Of a stretch of DNA of 64,000 bases, positions 48,281 through 61,439 are shown in pieces. Below the pieces are notes generated by a model that was not told the DNA's origin, searched no databases, and saw only the letters and a list, made by a program, of their open reading frames with translations. The stretch is from contig NW_021832375.1 in assembly GCF_006345805.1 (NCBI RefSeq), positions 186,001 to 250,000 on the forward strand, read 5' to 3'. The position numbers were made by a program, and so were the translations under genes. Source of the DNA: Octopus sinensis (taxonomy: Eukaryota). How positions within the stretch are numbered: position 1 is the first letter of the stretch; every line of letters starts with the position of its first letter.

Positions 48281-50231
48281 TATTTTATTATTACCCACAA
48301 GGGGCCAACATAGAGGGGACAATACAATCGGGAAAAATAAATAATGAATTATGAAGTTTGTACAATGTGGTGTAATGCCCACTCGATCCCCGAAATCGAG
48401 CGGTTACATTTCGTCATTTTTTTTTATTACGTCAACAATATTTTCCAAATAAAAACATTTTACACATTTTCAACATACATTTCAAAAATTTTACAAAATT
48501 CAACAATTTTTTTTTCAGAATTTAAAGTTCTTTTTATCATTTCCAAATTAAAGTTTTCACAATACCTTTTCTTTTATATAAACTCCATTATCTCTACCAA
48601 ATCTTGGTAATTTTCCATCGTTCGTGGCCACCTTGTAAGTCGGCATTTTATATGTTTTGACACGTTCTTGCCAGCTGCCTCGATGAACGCCTCAGCGTCG
48701 TTCTCGTGGACGAGTGCACCTGTTTCTTTCCATTCGGTGCCCATCCTGACCCACGTATATCCATTTGTTACGTTTATTAAATCTTCCATCTCCTCACAGT
48801 GCCTGTGATGGATCAACGTTCCATAGTATTTGAATTTTCTATTCGTACCTACGTTTTCTCTAGTTTTTCTCTTAGGACTTACTTCCTCTTTTTTCTCCTC
48901 CCTCGGTTTCTCTCTTTCTCTCTTTTTGCTTTCTCTTCTTTCTTTTTCCTTCTCTTGTCTTATTGGCTCTTTGTCTGGCGTCTCTCTACCCTGTGCCTTA
49001 TGTTCCTTTCCTGTTGTTTCTTTTCCTTTTTGCATACTATCTTTTCCTTTCTCTTGGTTCTGTTCCTTCTCTTGTTCTTTTCCTGCTTTTTCTCTTTCCT
49101 TTAATGTACTTTCCTTTTCTTTCTCTTGCTTCTGCCTTAGCTCCTTCTCCACTACTTCTGCACCCTGTGAATTTTGCTCCTTTTCTACTATCTTCTTCCC
49201 TTTGTTCTCATTTTCCTTCAGTGCGCTGTTACTTCCCTTCTCTTGTTGTTTCTCCGTTATTTCCTTTTCCTTGTTTTCGCTGTTCTTTCCTTCGTGTTCG
49301 TTTTCCTTCTCTCCACTTTGTGTCTCTTTTTGCTCCGCTGTGAATTCATACAGCGGACATTCCTTTTTTATGTGCCCTCTTGACCCGCACAGGTAGCAAT
49401 TCGGTTTTCTGCCCTCCACTATTACACTAATTGTTTTCTCGTTTTCTATTTCTATTTGGAAGGGAAACCTTTCGATGTCTTCCATTGTGGCCATCAGCCA
49501 CAACTCTACTCCGAATCCCTTCCAATTTACAACGTTCCTCTCCTTGATTGACCCTATTTCTACTTCCTCCTTTGCTGCCCCAATAATGGCTGTTACCAGC
49601 ATTTCTGTTTTAATTTCTGGGGGCACCTTTGGGACTCTTACCCGTGCCCCTCGTCTTCCTTTATACGTCAGCCACATAGTGAAATTTTCGGCTTTCAGGA
49701 CAGTGGAAGCTAATGAGGCCGCCACTTCCTTTGTTGCGTATCTCACCTCCACCGTACCATATTTCTTTCCTCTGTCTACAAAAGTCGCTTTTTTCATGAT
49801 GTCCCCCAGAAATTTCTCTATTTCTTCAATCGTCACTCTCACCAGTTTTCTCGTGTTTCTATCTTGCGTTCTATACGTTATCATCTTGTTATTTCTCTCC
49901 TCTATTGTTTCAACAGGCGGGACCAGCTTCACGCTGTCACCCTCCCTTTTGACGAACTTCTCGTATTCCTTCAATTGTTCTTCTCTAAAGAACACTTCTC
50001 TTATTCTAAGAGACTCGTCACTTTTTGTTGTGGCGACCCCCGCGTAAGTCTCCATGACTAGAGGGTCGACACACCTTCTATAAAAGGTTCAAACACGCAG
50101 TGGCAGATGCCTCGCGCGATTCAATTTTTGACAATTTTTTAACAGTTTTTTTCTCAAATTTTTCACATACAAAATAACTAACCAACACACTCAATGAAGA
50201 CTGGCATTGGCAGCCTGGTGTTGCAAATGAT
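48281..50231 (-). mobile_element. ORF1-only element member A, apparently full length (~1.95 kb)
   Basis: 5' leader ATCATTTGCAACACCA...CCAGTCTTCATTGAGTGTG, one ORF, ~290-nt 3' UTR, and tail TTGTCCCCTCTATGTTGGCCCCTTGTGGGTAATAATAAAAATA. Confidence 0.8.
48574..50055 (-). CDS. Intact 493-aa LINE ORF1/gag-like nucleic-acid-binding protein with CCHC zinc knuckle
   Basis: DRGKKYGTVEVRY (RRM-like by inference), SVIVEGRKPNCYLCGSRGHIKKEC, long Glu/Lys-rich region. No RT or endonuclease motifs. Confidence 0.85.
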   Translation of the reverse strand: METYAGVATTKSDESLRIREVFFREEQLKEYEKFVKREGDSVKLVPPVETIEERNNKMITYRTQDRNTRKLVRVTIEEIEKFLGDIMKKATFVDRGKKYGTVEVRYATKEVAASLASTVLKAENFTMWLTYKGRRGARVRVPKVPPEIKTEMLVTAIIGAAKEEVEIGSIKERNVVNWKGFGVELWLMATMEDIERFPFQIEIENEKTISVIVEGRKPNCYLCGSRGHIKKECPLYEFTAEQKETQSGEKENEHEGKNSENKEKEITEKQQEKGSNSALKENENKGKKIVEKEQNSQGAEVVEKELRQKQEKEKESTLKEREKAGKEQEKEQNQEKGKDSMQKGKETTGKEHKAQGRETPDKEPIRQEKEKERRESKKREREKPREEKKEEVSPKRKTRENVGTNRKFKYYGTLIHHRHCEEMEDLINVTNGYTWVRMGTEWKETGALVHENDAEAFIEAAGKNVSKHIKCRLTRWPRTMENYQDLVEIMEFI

Positions 50232-50525
50232 GAGAATTCACAAGAGAGACAGAAGTGTGTCTAATTTATAGACATAACCAATCACAACTACAAATTTCCT
50301 CTTCCAATAAACAGAAAGAATAACAGTAGATGAATGAGTGGTGGTAAGAGGTGGAAGGGGAGAGAGAGAATTTAAAAATCAGACAAACGACATTTTCTTT
50401 ATTTTGTACAAGGTAGCCAGCAGACAAGTTGGTTCGAATTTCACAGTGGTTACTGTATGTTCCTTGGTAGGTTATATTTTTTAACTGCTTTATTCAATGT
50501 TGTTCGACATTTCAAATTTCTATCA

Positions 50526-50758
50526 AAGGCGGCGAGCTGGCAGAAACGTTAGCACGCCGGGCGAAATGCGTAACCGTATTTCGTCTGCCGTTACGTTCTG
50601 AGTTCAAATTCCGCCGAGGTTGTCTTTGCCTTTAATCCTTTCGGGATCGATAAATTAAGTACCAGTTACGCACTGGGGTCGATATAATCGACTTAATCCG
50701 TTTGTCTGTCCTTGTGTGTCCTCTCTATGTTTAGCCCCGTGTAGGGAATAAAGAAATA
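50526..50758 (+). mobile_element. SINE family 2 monomer
   Basis: Full head-to-tail match. Confidence 0.93.
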
Positions 50759-51023
50759 AGAATAAACAAGAAGAATAAAAAGAAAATATTTTACTTCAAC
50801 CAAAATATTTTTTACAAATGAATTCCTATTACTTTTCAAATTTCTGCTTTTCCTATTCTTTCCAAAAGCAAAATGTATTGAGCCTAGCCCGTATTTTAGT
50901 ATTTCCCGTCAAGTTCAGAAACAAGAAGTAGTAGAGCAGTAAGAAAATGCGTTTCAATAGAATATGGCATGGTTGGCTCTTTTGAATTACAGGTACACGA
51001 TATGTGTCTGCGTCTTATATTTA

Positions 51024-52301
51024 TTGGGTTGGCAACTAAGTTCTCGCCGTTTTTTAAAATTTTAAATTTTTTAAAAAGTTTAATAAAAAATAACAACCAA
51101 CTATTCAATAATGTATTCCATCCGTGTTGTTTATAACTTCTTCCCAACGTTCAACAAGATTTTCAATACCTCGTTGGTAGAAATCACCCGATTTCGACTC
51201 GAAAAATTGATCCAACCAAGCTCTCAATTCTGCATCAGTATTGAACGAAACTCCGCGCATATCACTTGAAAGAGATCGAAAGAGGTGGAAATCCGTCTGT
51301 GCCAAATCAGGAGAGTACGGCGGGTGTGGCAGCACTTTACAGCCATGTGTTTGAATGACTTCCTTGGTCATATTGGCGATATGAGGGCGGGCGTTGTCGT
51401 GCAGCAGAAGAACTCCACGCTGCCGATTAGGTCTTTTCTCTTGAATAGTCGTGCTGAGTCGTTCCATCTCTTGAACATAGAGTTCCGCGTTGACCGTTTG
51501 GTTCCGTTCAAGCAATTCGTAATGGATAATCCCTTCCCAGTCCCACCATACGTACAACATCGTTTTACGCGGATGAAGATCTTGTTTCACGCGCGGTGTC
51601 GCTTGTTTACCGGGGCTAAGCAATTCCTTACGCTGCTTCATATTGATGTATAGGCACCATTTTTCGTCGCCAGTAACGATCCGGTAAAGAAATCGTTGCT
51701 TGTATCCATGAGTTGAGTGGTGACGAGCAAGCAAACCAGTGGAGATTGTGGCTCGTTGATTTTTGTTGTCACTTAAAGCATGCGGAACCCATGCTCCATA
51801 CTTCTGAACCTTTCCCATCGAGTGAAGATGCTTCTTTATAGCAGTGTGGAGCATTCCATTTTCTCTGCCAGTTCCCATGTTGTTTGATTAGAATTTTCGT
51901 GCAAAATTTGGTTTAATCGCTCTTCATCGAACTCAACTGGACGGCCAGAACAAGGTGCGTCTTTGAGGTCAAAATTTCCATCTTTGAACTTGGCATACGA
52001 GCGGTTCTTTCATCTTTCAGCTATGGCACCCTCTCCATACTCAGCACAAATGTCGCGAGCAGCTTTTGCGGCCTTATAGCCTTGATTAAAAGCAAAAAGA
52101 AGGAAGTGACGAAAATGCTCGTTTTTCATTAACAATCTGAAATTAAACAAAAATTAACTAAAATTAACTAGAAAAAAAAAAGCAAAATAGATTCCAAAAT
52201 GATTCAAAAATAGCATTCTCGAAAATAATAGATTCCAAAATTTAAAAACGCAATAAATCCCCAAATTTAAAAAAACGGCGGGAACTTAGTTGCAGACCCA
52301 A
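51024..52301 (-). mobile_element. Full-length (1278 bp) mariner with TIRs, TA flanks and a frameshifted DD34D transposase
   Basis: TA|TTGGGTTGGCAACTAAGTTC ... GAACTTAGTTGCAGACCCAA|TA. ATG at 52129 (MKNEHFRHFLLF), WVPHAL, TGDEKW, HDNARPH, YSPDLAQTD; 34 residues between the 2nd and 3rd Asp. Confidence 0.95.
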
Positions 52302-52502
52302 TACATACAAAAGAGACGAGCATTGTATAAAGGGAATAGAATGTAGGATGCAAGGAGAAAACTAATGATGCAAGGCAGTAGAAGCTTACTGTTGTTTCTG
52401 CTGTAGGATGCATTGCACTCATAGTTGAGTGCTTGTGTATCACCTTATAGCTATGTCGAAGTTGAAGAAATGAAGTGTATTTCATTTTGCAAAGCATTTA
52501 TA

Positions 52503-52735
52503 TATTTCTTTATTACCCATAAGGGGCTAAACACAGAGGAGACAAACAAAGACAGACAAACGGATTAAGTCGATTATATCAACCCCAGTGCGTAACTGGT
52601 ACTTAATTTATCGACTCCGAGAGGATGAAAGGCAAAGTCGACCTCGACGGAATTTGAACTCAGAACGTAACGGCAGACGAAATACCGCTAAGCATTTCGT
52701 CCGGCGTGCTAACGTTTCTGCCAGATCTCCGCCTT
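52503..52735 (-). mobile_element. SINE family 2 monomer
   Basis: 20-bp TSD CATTTTGCAAAGCATTT(A/G)TA at 52483-52502 and 52737-52756. Confidence 0.95.
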
Positions 52736-53349
52736 CCATTTTGCAAAGCATTTGTATATATGGAAAAGATCACCGTTGACGAAAATATGGAGAAAAAAAA
52801 AAAGAAATGTAAGAAAGGAAATACAGAGTTTGAAAGATGAATGCTACTCTCCGAAAGATCTTGGTAATTTTGTGTGTGTGTTTGTGGGGGGGGGGTGCGT
52901 AATTAATTAAGTTCATAACATAAATTCTTGTTCCCTCGTCATTTACTATATTTTTATGCTGTGTACTACAATAACACTTGTTTTCTAAAGCATATGAATA
53001 TCAAGTTCCAAATCAGGTATTGCTATGACTAAGCTATGACTATGTATGTCAACAGCCATCCAATAAATGTCTTAAGGCTGTATCATGCGCGGGGACACAG
53101 AAATAATCGGACTGAATACCCGATCGCGCGGTTAAACCATTGGGAGTGAAGGACTCCTAACCTTTGTTAGGGCATCCTTCTAGGAGAAGGTAACTTAGGT
53201 AACTGGGATAACTCCGACATAAATCCTGCGGCTCAGTGGTTACCGATGATGTTGACCTGTTCTTCTTTTCGGATTATGGCTGCAGTTGTTTAGTGAGTGG
53301 GATTGACTCAGTGCACAGCCTTTCCTCACTTAAAAAAATATCTTCTTGC

Positions 53350-53752
53350 ATGTATGTATGTATGTATGTATGTATGTATGTATGTATGTATGTATGTATG
53401 TATGTATGTAGGTAGGTATGTAGGCATGTATGTATGTATGTATGTAGGTATGTATGTATGTATGTATGTATGTATGTATGTATGTATGTATGTATGTATG
53501 TATGTATATAGGCATGTATGTATGTATGTATGTATGTATATAGGCATGTAGGTATGTATGTATGTATGTATGTATGTATGTATGTATATAGGCATGTATG
53601 TATGTATGTATGTATGTATGTATGTATGTATGTATGTATGTATGTATGTATGTATGTATGCATGTATGTATGTATATAGGCATGTATGTATGTATGCATG
53701 TATGTATGTATGTATGTATGTATGTATGTATGTATGAATGTATGTATGTATG

Positions 53753-53784
<32 letters not shown>

Positions 53785-54131
53785 CATGTATGTATGTATG
53801 TATGTATGTATATAGGCATGTATGTATGTATGTATGTATGTACGTTTGTATGTATGTATGTGTGTATGTATATAGGCATGTATGTGTGTATGTATGTATG
53901 TTTGTATGTATGTATGTATGTATGTTTGTATGTAAGTATGTATGTATGTATGTATGTATGTGTGTGTATGTATGTGTGTATATAGGCATGTATGTATGTA
54001 TGTATGTATGTATGTATGTATGTATGTATGTATGTACGTTTGTATGTATGTATGTGTGTATGTATATAGGCATGTATGTATGTATGCATGTAGGTATATA
54101 GGCATGTATGTATGTATGTATGTATATATAT
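53350..54131. repeat. (TATG)n microsatellite, ~780 bp
   Basis: Seen directly. Confidence 0.95.
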
Positions 54132-54647
54132 ATATGTTATAATTTAGAACAAACAGTAAATATTGGTGCATTGTTGCACCACTATCTTATTTGTACTTTA
54201 ACCTGATGGTGTTTTGTTTTACTGGGAAGCAATACTACTGTATTGCACTGTTTCATAATGTTTTCTTTGAAACCTTTTTCACTGCTCTCAGTCTGTTAAC
54301 GGACAGGCGTTTCAGACGTGTATATACTGGTATTGATTTAGCGATATTTGAGATTTTATCCAGATAACTCTCGCCGATGTGAACTAATCAAATTTACGTT
54401 AACAAACGTAATTCGGAAAGTTCGAAACCTAGGTCCTAGATTATTCACATCTGGGTTGTGCATTTATTTAATGTTCTTCCTACACGTAAGATGAAATTTT
54501 TTATGTTCGCCGCCCGATAACATTTTGCTAGTGTATATGAACAGTGAAGCGTCGTATACTATCAACTGCTATTTCCAATAAATATTGGTGCATGATTGTA
54601 CTACTATCTTATATATATATATATATATATATATATGCATATATATG

Positions 54648-54840
54648 TTTCCAAGAAATCTAATGCTCGTAGCTTAGTTTTTCCTTGGGCTGGCCGGATC
54701 GGAGCGATCTCAAGATTAATCAGCCGAAATTGCGAGGATGATCCGGTTCTTGACTGAGGATTAAAGGCTTTGAATGACCCGTCCGTTTTTTGTGTCGTCT
54801 ATTTGAATGTTTTGCGTTCTTGTCCCATTTTGTATTTTTA
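54648..54840 (-). repeat. Copy of the block-A-related repeat
   Basis: Reverse-complement match to 35217-35425. Confidence 0.75.
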
Positions 54841-54872
54841 TATATATTTTTTATACTATACATACACACACA

Positions 54873-54933
<61 letters not shown>

Positions 54934-54949
54934 GCATATATATATATAT

Positions 54950-55030
<81 letters not shown>

Positions 55031-55038
55031 TATACATA

Positions 55039-55092
<54 letters not shown>

Positions 55093-56227
55093 ATATGTTA
55101 CAATTACTCAATAGTCAAGATAAAACTCTGAGTTTCAGATGCCGAAGTGGAAATCCACAACACCATCTCTTTGGTTATCTGGCCATCTGAAAAACGCTAT
55201 GAAAAAATACCGTTATATAAAGGGAAATTACTGTGTTATAATTCTGCTGCTTATATAAATTAAGATTAAAAGCTCATAGTAAACACGTAAACATGGCTAC
55301 TCATACGCTCCCATGTGTGCTCGCGGACCCACGTGCGTACTTATACGTCACTATAAAAAGGTACATATCTTTACTCGCATTTTTCGCAAATGTATACGCA
55401 TATATATATAAACTCATACACACACACGCGTACCGTAAAATATACGCACAAGCACAAGAAAAAACATGGTTAAAGGTAACAGAAAAAAACATAAGGAAGT
55501 ATACAAAGCATAAAAACCACGTTCATATACGGACATACCCTTATGCACTCATACACATACACGCCCATATATGTACATACCCGCACATGTTTATATACGC
55601 ATACACACACACACGCATACACAAAAAAATGAATATACATATGCCCCAAAAACCCCCCAAAATTGTAAAAATACTAAGTAAAAACGACTATATATGTATG
55701 TATGTATGTATGTATGTGTGTACATCTATGTATATACATGTATGTATGTATGTACATGTATATATGTATGTATGTATTTATGTACATGTATCTATGTATA
55801 CAAAAATATACATACATGTACATACATACATGCATACATGTACATACATAGATACATGTACATAAATACATACATACATGTACATACATACATGTATATA
55901 CATAGATGTACACACATACATACATACATACATATATACATACATACATACAAATGCACAGGCACAAATATCCCACAATATACATCACACAGTTGATAAT
56001 GGAGGAAAAGGAAGAGACGAAGAAGAAGCGGAAGTGGATGAAGAGTAGCGCATAAATTCACTTCCATTGTCGTCTCGATATCTAATCTATAGTTTGGTAT
56101 TTATGCACATCGAACTATTTCTTATCAATTTAGATTGCATGCTTGTGTGTGTGAGTGTGTGTGTAAGTGGCTATGTGTTTGTGTGTACATACACACATAG
56201 ACACACACGTATATATACATACATATA

Positions 56228-56578
56228 TCTCTATATATAAACGGCAAAATGTCTGTCTGTGTGTGTGTCCTTTATACAAATCCGCAATTTTTCCGTTAGA
56301 GAGCTCGCACTTTCTATGGTCATTCAAAACCGTCCAAGGATGGTCGTGCACCTCTTTACATTTCCCCAGTCACCCCGCAAAGCCATTAAAAAATCAGTAG
56401 AAGTGACTTTTTTGTGAATTTTCTATCCAAAACCCAATCAAAATGCCGAATTGAATGCCAGTTAGCTGTATGTGACTGGTCGGAAATTTGGACAGTACTC
56501 GCGTGTATGTGCGCATGCACGCACCTGTATATGCATGCACTAGCACTATGATCCGGCGTTGCCGGGTCATAGTGCTAG
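56228..56578 (+). mobile_element. Complete non-autonomous Helitron-like element
   Basis: A|TCTCTATATATAAA start. 3' hairpin CTAGCACTATGATCCGGC-GTT-GCCGGGTCATAGTGCTAG (56540-56578) ends CTAG|T. Confidence 0.85.
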
Positions 56579-58251
56579 TATATATATATATATATACATA
56601 TATGCATGGATACATATATATGCTGGTGTGTGTAGGACGTGTGTGTATATATATATATATATTTATGTACTCTCATTTACCTATGCGATGTGCGCAACTA
56701 AAGATGGGCACATGTATACTCTCAAAATACACTATTTCTTTATTTCTTTCTCTTTGTACCTGCATGTCTGTCTGTCTGTCTGTCTTTCTGTGAGTCTGTT
56801 TGTCTGTCTGCCTGTCTGTCCGTCTATCTGTCCGTCTGTCTGTCTGTCTCCTATCCTTCACACACGCATGCGCGCGCACCCCCACCCACACTCACTGACA
56901 CGGGTTGGTATTTGTCGACTTACACGATAAAATAAACAAACGCAAAATGAAGTGTACATACATACATAATGCATATATATATATACATACATATACAAAG
57001 CGAAATATATATATAACAAAGTATATACACATATGTATGCTGTATGTATGTGTGTGTGTGTGTGTGTGTGTGTGGTGTGTAAGTGCGAGTGTGTACACAC
57101 ACACACTCACTCACTCTCTCACACATTTACAAATACGTTATACGACCGCCTGAGCATCATAAAATTGGTATCGTATGACAGGTGCTGGAACAGGAATATC
57201 TGGAAAATCTGGAAAATATAAGAAACGGTATCGTTTAATGTGGGAACGCAGGGTAGCTTCTACGAGGTCGCTAGGCCTGCTAGAAATAACAGTGAAATTT
57301 TCTTCAGATTTCATTCCTGGAAAGAGATTTTTGAATATTGATTACGTCGATGCTACTTATTTTGTTAAGGATTTCGATTCCCAGTCTCCCGGTTTCCTGC
57401 CGTCATGGGCCCTTGACCTTTCTGGCAGCTTTCAATTAATCAATGTCTCGCGATTAAAATTTGACAGATGGGAAATTTCCAGAAACTGTCTATATGTACC
57501 CGCCTCTCCACACAGTTGTGCTGCATTCATTTGCTTGTTTCAAAGGCACCGCTTTGAAGGGACCTTAGTAATTATTGTTTTAAGTTTTGAACTTATTCAA
57601 CTGGTTTCTTGTGCCAAACTGCCAGGTTATGGGGACCTAAAAAATACATACACACAGATGTATATATATCTATCTATGAATATTAGAAGAAGTAAGATAT
57701 TCAGAAATCTTGATGGTTTTATATTTACAAATTTTTATTAATATGTCACATGTTTTTATAAATCATATATTAGCCAGTCTTAGATGGTAAATGTTTTTAA
57801 TTTTCATTCCCTTCGAGAATGTATCCCTATTTAGTGGTTTGAATTTTTAACTGTTCTTTCTAGCGCAAGACTTTCCTATGATGGAAGCCTCTTAATGTGT
57901 TTTAAGGTACACGATATTTTATATGAATATATATATATATATTAAGGAGATGTACTTGCATAGCGAGTGACTTGATCTGAGATCGTGTGCTGGAACGAAA
58001 ACAATTACAGCGTGGAAGGTGTTTATAAGCCAATTAAGAAACACACAAAAACCATTAGATTCACTTCAAAATTTAATTTTCGTAACTTTGAGACCGCAAC
58101 CTGTTCACTGACAAAACTCCGTGCTGCATCTGACAAAGTAACAGTTAGTTCATGATATATATGTACGTATGTATGTATGTATGTATGTATGTATGTATGT
58201 ATGTATGTATGTATGTATGTATGTATGTATGTATGTATGTATGTATGTATG

Positions 58252-58285
<34 letters not shown>

Positions 58286-59175
58286 TGTATGTATGTATGT
58301 ATGTATGTATGTATGTATGTATGTATGTATGTATGTGAGTATTTAGGAGAGTGTGTAGACGTGTCTGTGTTTGTACATGTGTATGTACATATGGACGTAT
58401 GTTTATGTAATGATATGTGTCAGTTCAAGTTCTATATAAGATTGTTACCTTGTTGAAGGTTGTGTATATACACGCATATACATTTATATAGACACACACA
58501 CACATATATATATATATATGTGTGTGACACACACACACACACATATATATATATGTGTGTGTGTGTGTGTATGTCCCTCTCACCACCGTCTAACGGTGAA
58601 TGGATACAACGTCTTAGATACATATATGCACATATAACCTTATACAAGTACACACAATCATATAGACACTTACACATACTCACAAATATACGTATAATCT
58701 TAAAGTATACACACATATACGCTCATCCATCTCTACATACATATATACATATTCATATACACACACATACATACATATATACATATATATATATATACAT
58801 ATATATATTTATACATACATACACACATACATATACATATATATACATATATATGACACTCTTTTCAAGGACAACGGTTAAAATTCAAACTTGCTTTATT
58901 TTATTCTTTTCTTTTTTATTTTTTAAATTAAAAAAATTTTTTTTTTACATGCATACATATATAATACATATATATGTTTACACATACCCATATTTGCATG
59001 CATGTACATACCTTATACATTAACATACACAACACACAACACATACACACACGTATACACACATATAAATCTACACATGCGTACATACATATCAAACAAT
59101 GTACGCTCGTACGGTTATATATAACTGCATATATGTATTTTAGTACCATGCATTTCAACATGTATGCATGTAAAT

Positions 59176-59207
<32 letters not shown>

Positions 59208-59302
59208 CAGAGAGAGAGACAGAGACAGACAGAGAGAGAGAGGGTGGTGGTTATAGAATGATACTCCCGAGTGGAATCTGGATGTTACCCCATTCGGATT
59301 TT

Positions 59303-59338
<36 letters not shown>

Positions 59339-59340
<2 letters not shown>

Positions 59341-60112
59341 CAGGATTGTGCGGTAATGAAGTTTGATTTCCAGCCACATGGTTCCTGATTCAGTCCCACT
59401 GCGTTGCACCTCGAACAAGTGTGTTCTACCATAGCCTCGGACCGACCAAAGTCTTGTGAGTGGATTTGGTACGGAAACTGAAAGAAGCCCGTCGTTGGCG
59501 CGCGCGCACACACACACACACATACAAATAAGTATATGCGTGTCTGTGTTTCTATCTCACTACCGTTTGGCGACCGGTGTTGCTGTGTTTATGTCCTCGT
59601 AGACTAGCGGTTCAGCAAAGAGTCCGACAGAATAAGTACCAGTCTTTAAGAAAATAAGTACGGGGTGCGAGTTATTCCACTGAAATTCTTCAAGGCGGTG
59701 CCTCAACATGGCCGCAGTCTAATGAATGAAAACCAAAAAAATATAAAAAGAATGTTGTGTGGTAAGTAGCTTGCTTACCAACCACATGGCTCCGGCAAGT
59801 GTCTTCTACTATAGTCTCGGGTCGATCAAAGCCTTGTGAGTGGATTTGGTAGACAGAAATTGAAAGAAGCCCGTCGTATATATGTATATATATATGTGTG
59901 TGTGTGTCTGTGTTTGTCCCATCCAATATCGCTTGACAATCGATGCTGGTGTTTTTATGTCCCCGTAACTTAGTGGTTCGACAAATGAGACCGATAGCAT
60001 AAATACTAGGCTTACAAAAGAATAAGTCTCGGGGTCGAGTTGCTCGATTAAAGGCGGTGCTCTAGCATGGCCGCAGTCAAATGACTGAAACAAGTAAAAG
60101 AGAAAGAGAGAA
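59339..60112 (+). mobile_element. Two adjacent SINE family 1 copies (diverged 59339-59740; 59755-60112)
   Basis: Heads, bodies and GGCGGTGC...CATGGCCGCAGTC tails recognisable. Confidence 0.8.
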
Positions 60113-60915
60113 AGAGTATATGTATGTGTGTGTATAAGAATGTATGTATGTTTGTTTGTATCCTTGTGTTCGTTAACCTCATTTGACAACTACTGTTGGT
60201 TTGTTTACGTCCCCATAACGTGGCTTTTGGCAAAAGTACCAAACTTGAAACGATTAAATGTCGGGGGTTGATTTACTGAACTAAATCCGGCAAGGCGTTC
60301 CCCCCACGCCCAGCATGCCTGCAGTTCAGTGACTGAAACAAGCAAAAGTATATCAATAAAGCGCATACCGTTCTTCGTTCGATTCCATTTGAAAGGCACT
60401 TTACCAGGATCCGAGTTTGTTTCGAATCATCCCACACTGGCTTGAAACAATGAGAAATGCATTAGATGACAGTAATATCAAGCCGATTAGCTATATATTA
60501 TCTCATAATAATTTACTTGTTTCAGTCTGTGGACTGCAGCCATGCTGGAGCGCCACCTGGAAAGGGTTTTATTCGAATAAATCGATCCCAGTATATATTT
60601 ATGATTTTTTAAAGCCTGTTAATTATTCTCTCGGTCTCTTACCGAAACACACCAACACAGGCTGTCACGCGGCGGAGAATCAATCACACACACACATACG
60701 GTGGGCTTCCACACAGCCTCCGTCTACCAAATTCACTCACAAGGCATTGATTGGCCCAAGAATATAGAAGAAAAAAAAATTATTAGGTGCAACATAACGG
60801 GATTGAACCCAAAACATCTGGTCACAAAGTGAACTTCTTCAGAAAGTAGAGATAATAAAAATATATTAATAAATTAAATGAATGGATTACACACACACAC
60901 GCACACACACACACA

Positions 60916-60966
<51 letters not shown>

Positions 60967-61274
60967 CACATACACACACACATACACACACACATACATA
61001 CACATTATGGCCCGATGCTGTAAAATATCTAAGTTGCCGTGCACTGAAGGATCAAATCCACATTTAAAAGATTTTTTCAAGACTTTTATGAGATTTAGAT
61101 ATAATTAGAAAACTAATAATTAATAAAATAATGCCGAGAATAAGAAGAAAAAAAGAGAGAAAAAAGAATTCATAAGTATAGAAGATATATTTGTTTGATT
61201 TAATGATTGGACCCGAGACCACGTGAGTGGATTTTTGTAGATAGAAACTGAAAGGAGCCCATCGTGTGTGTATG

Positions 61275-61324
<50 letters not shown>

Positions 61325-61439
61325 AATTCCATACAGTAGACTTTTATCCATCAATATCGAAAATGTTACTTGATATGCTAGACGAGTTACCGACATAAGT
61401 GATAGAGAAATAGATATGCATGCTAGAAAAACGCTACAG

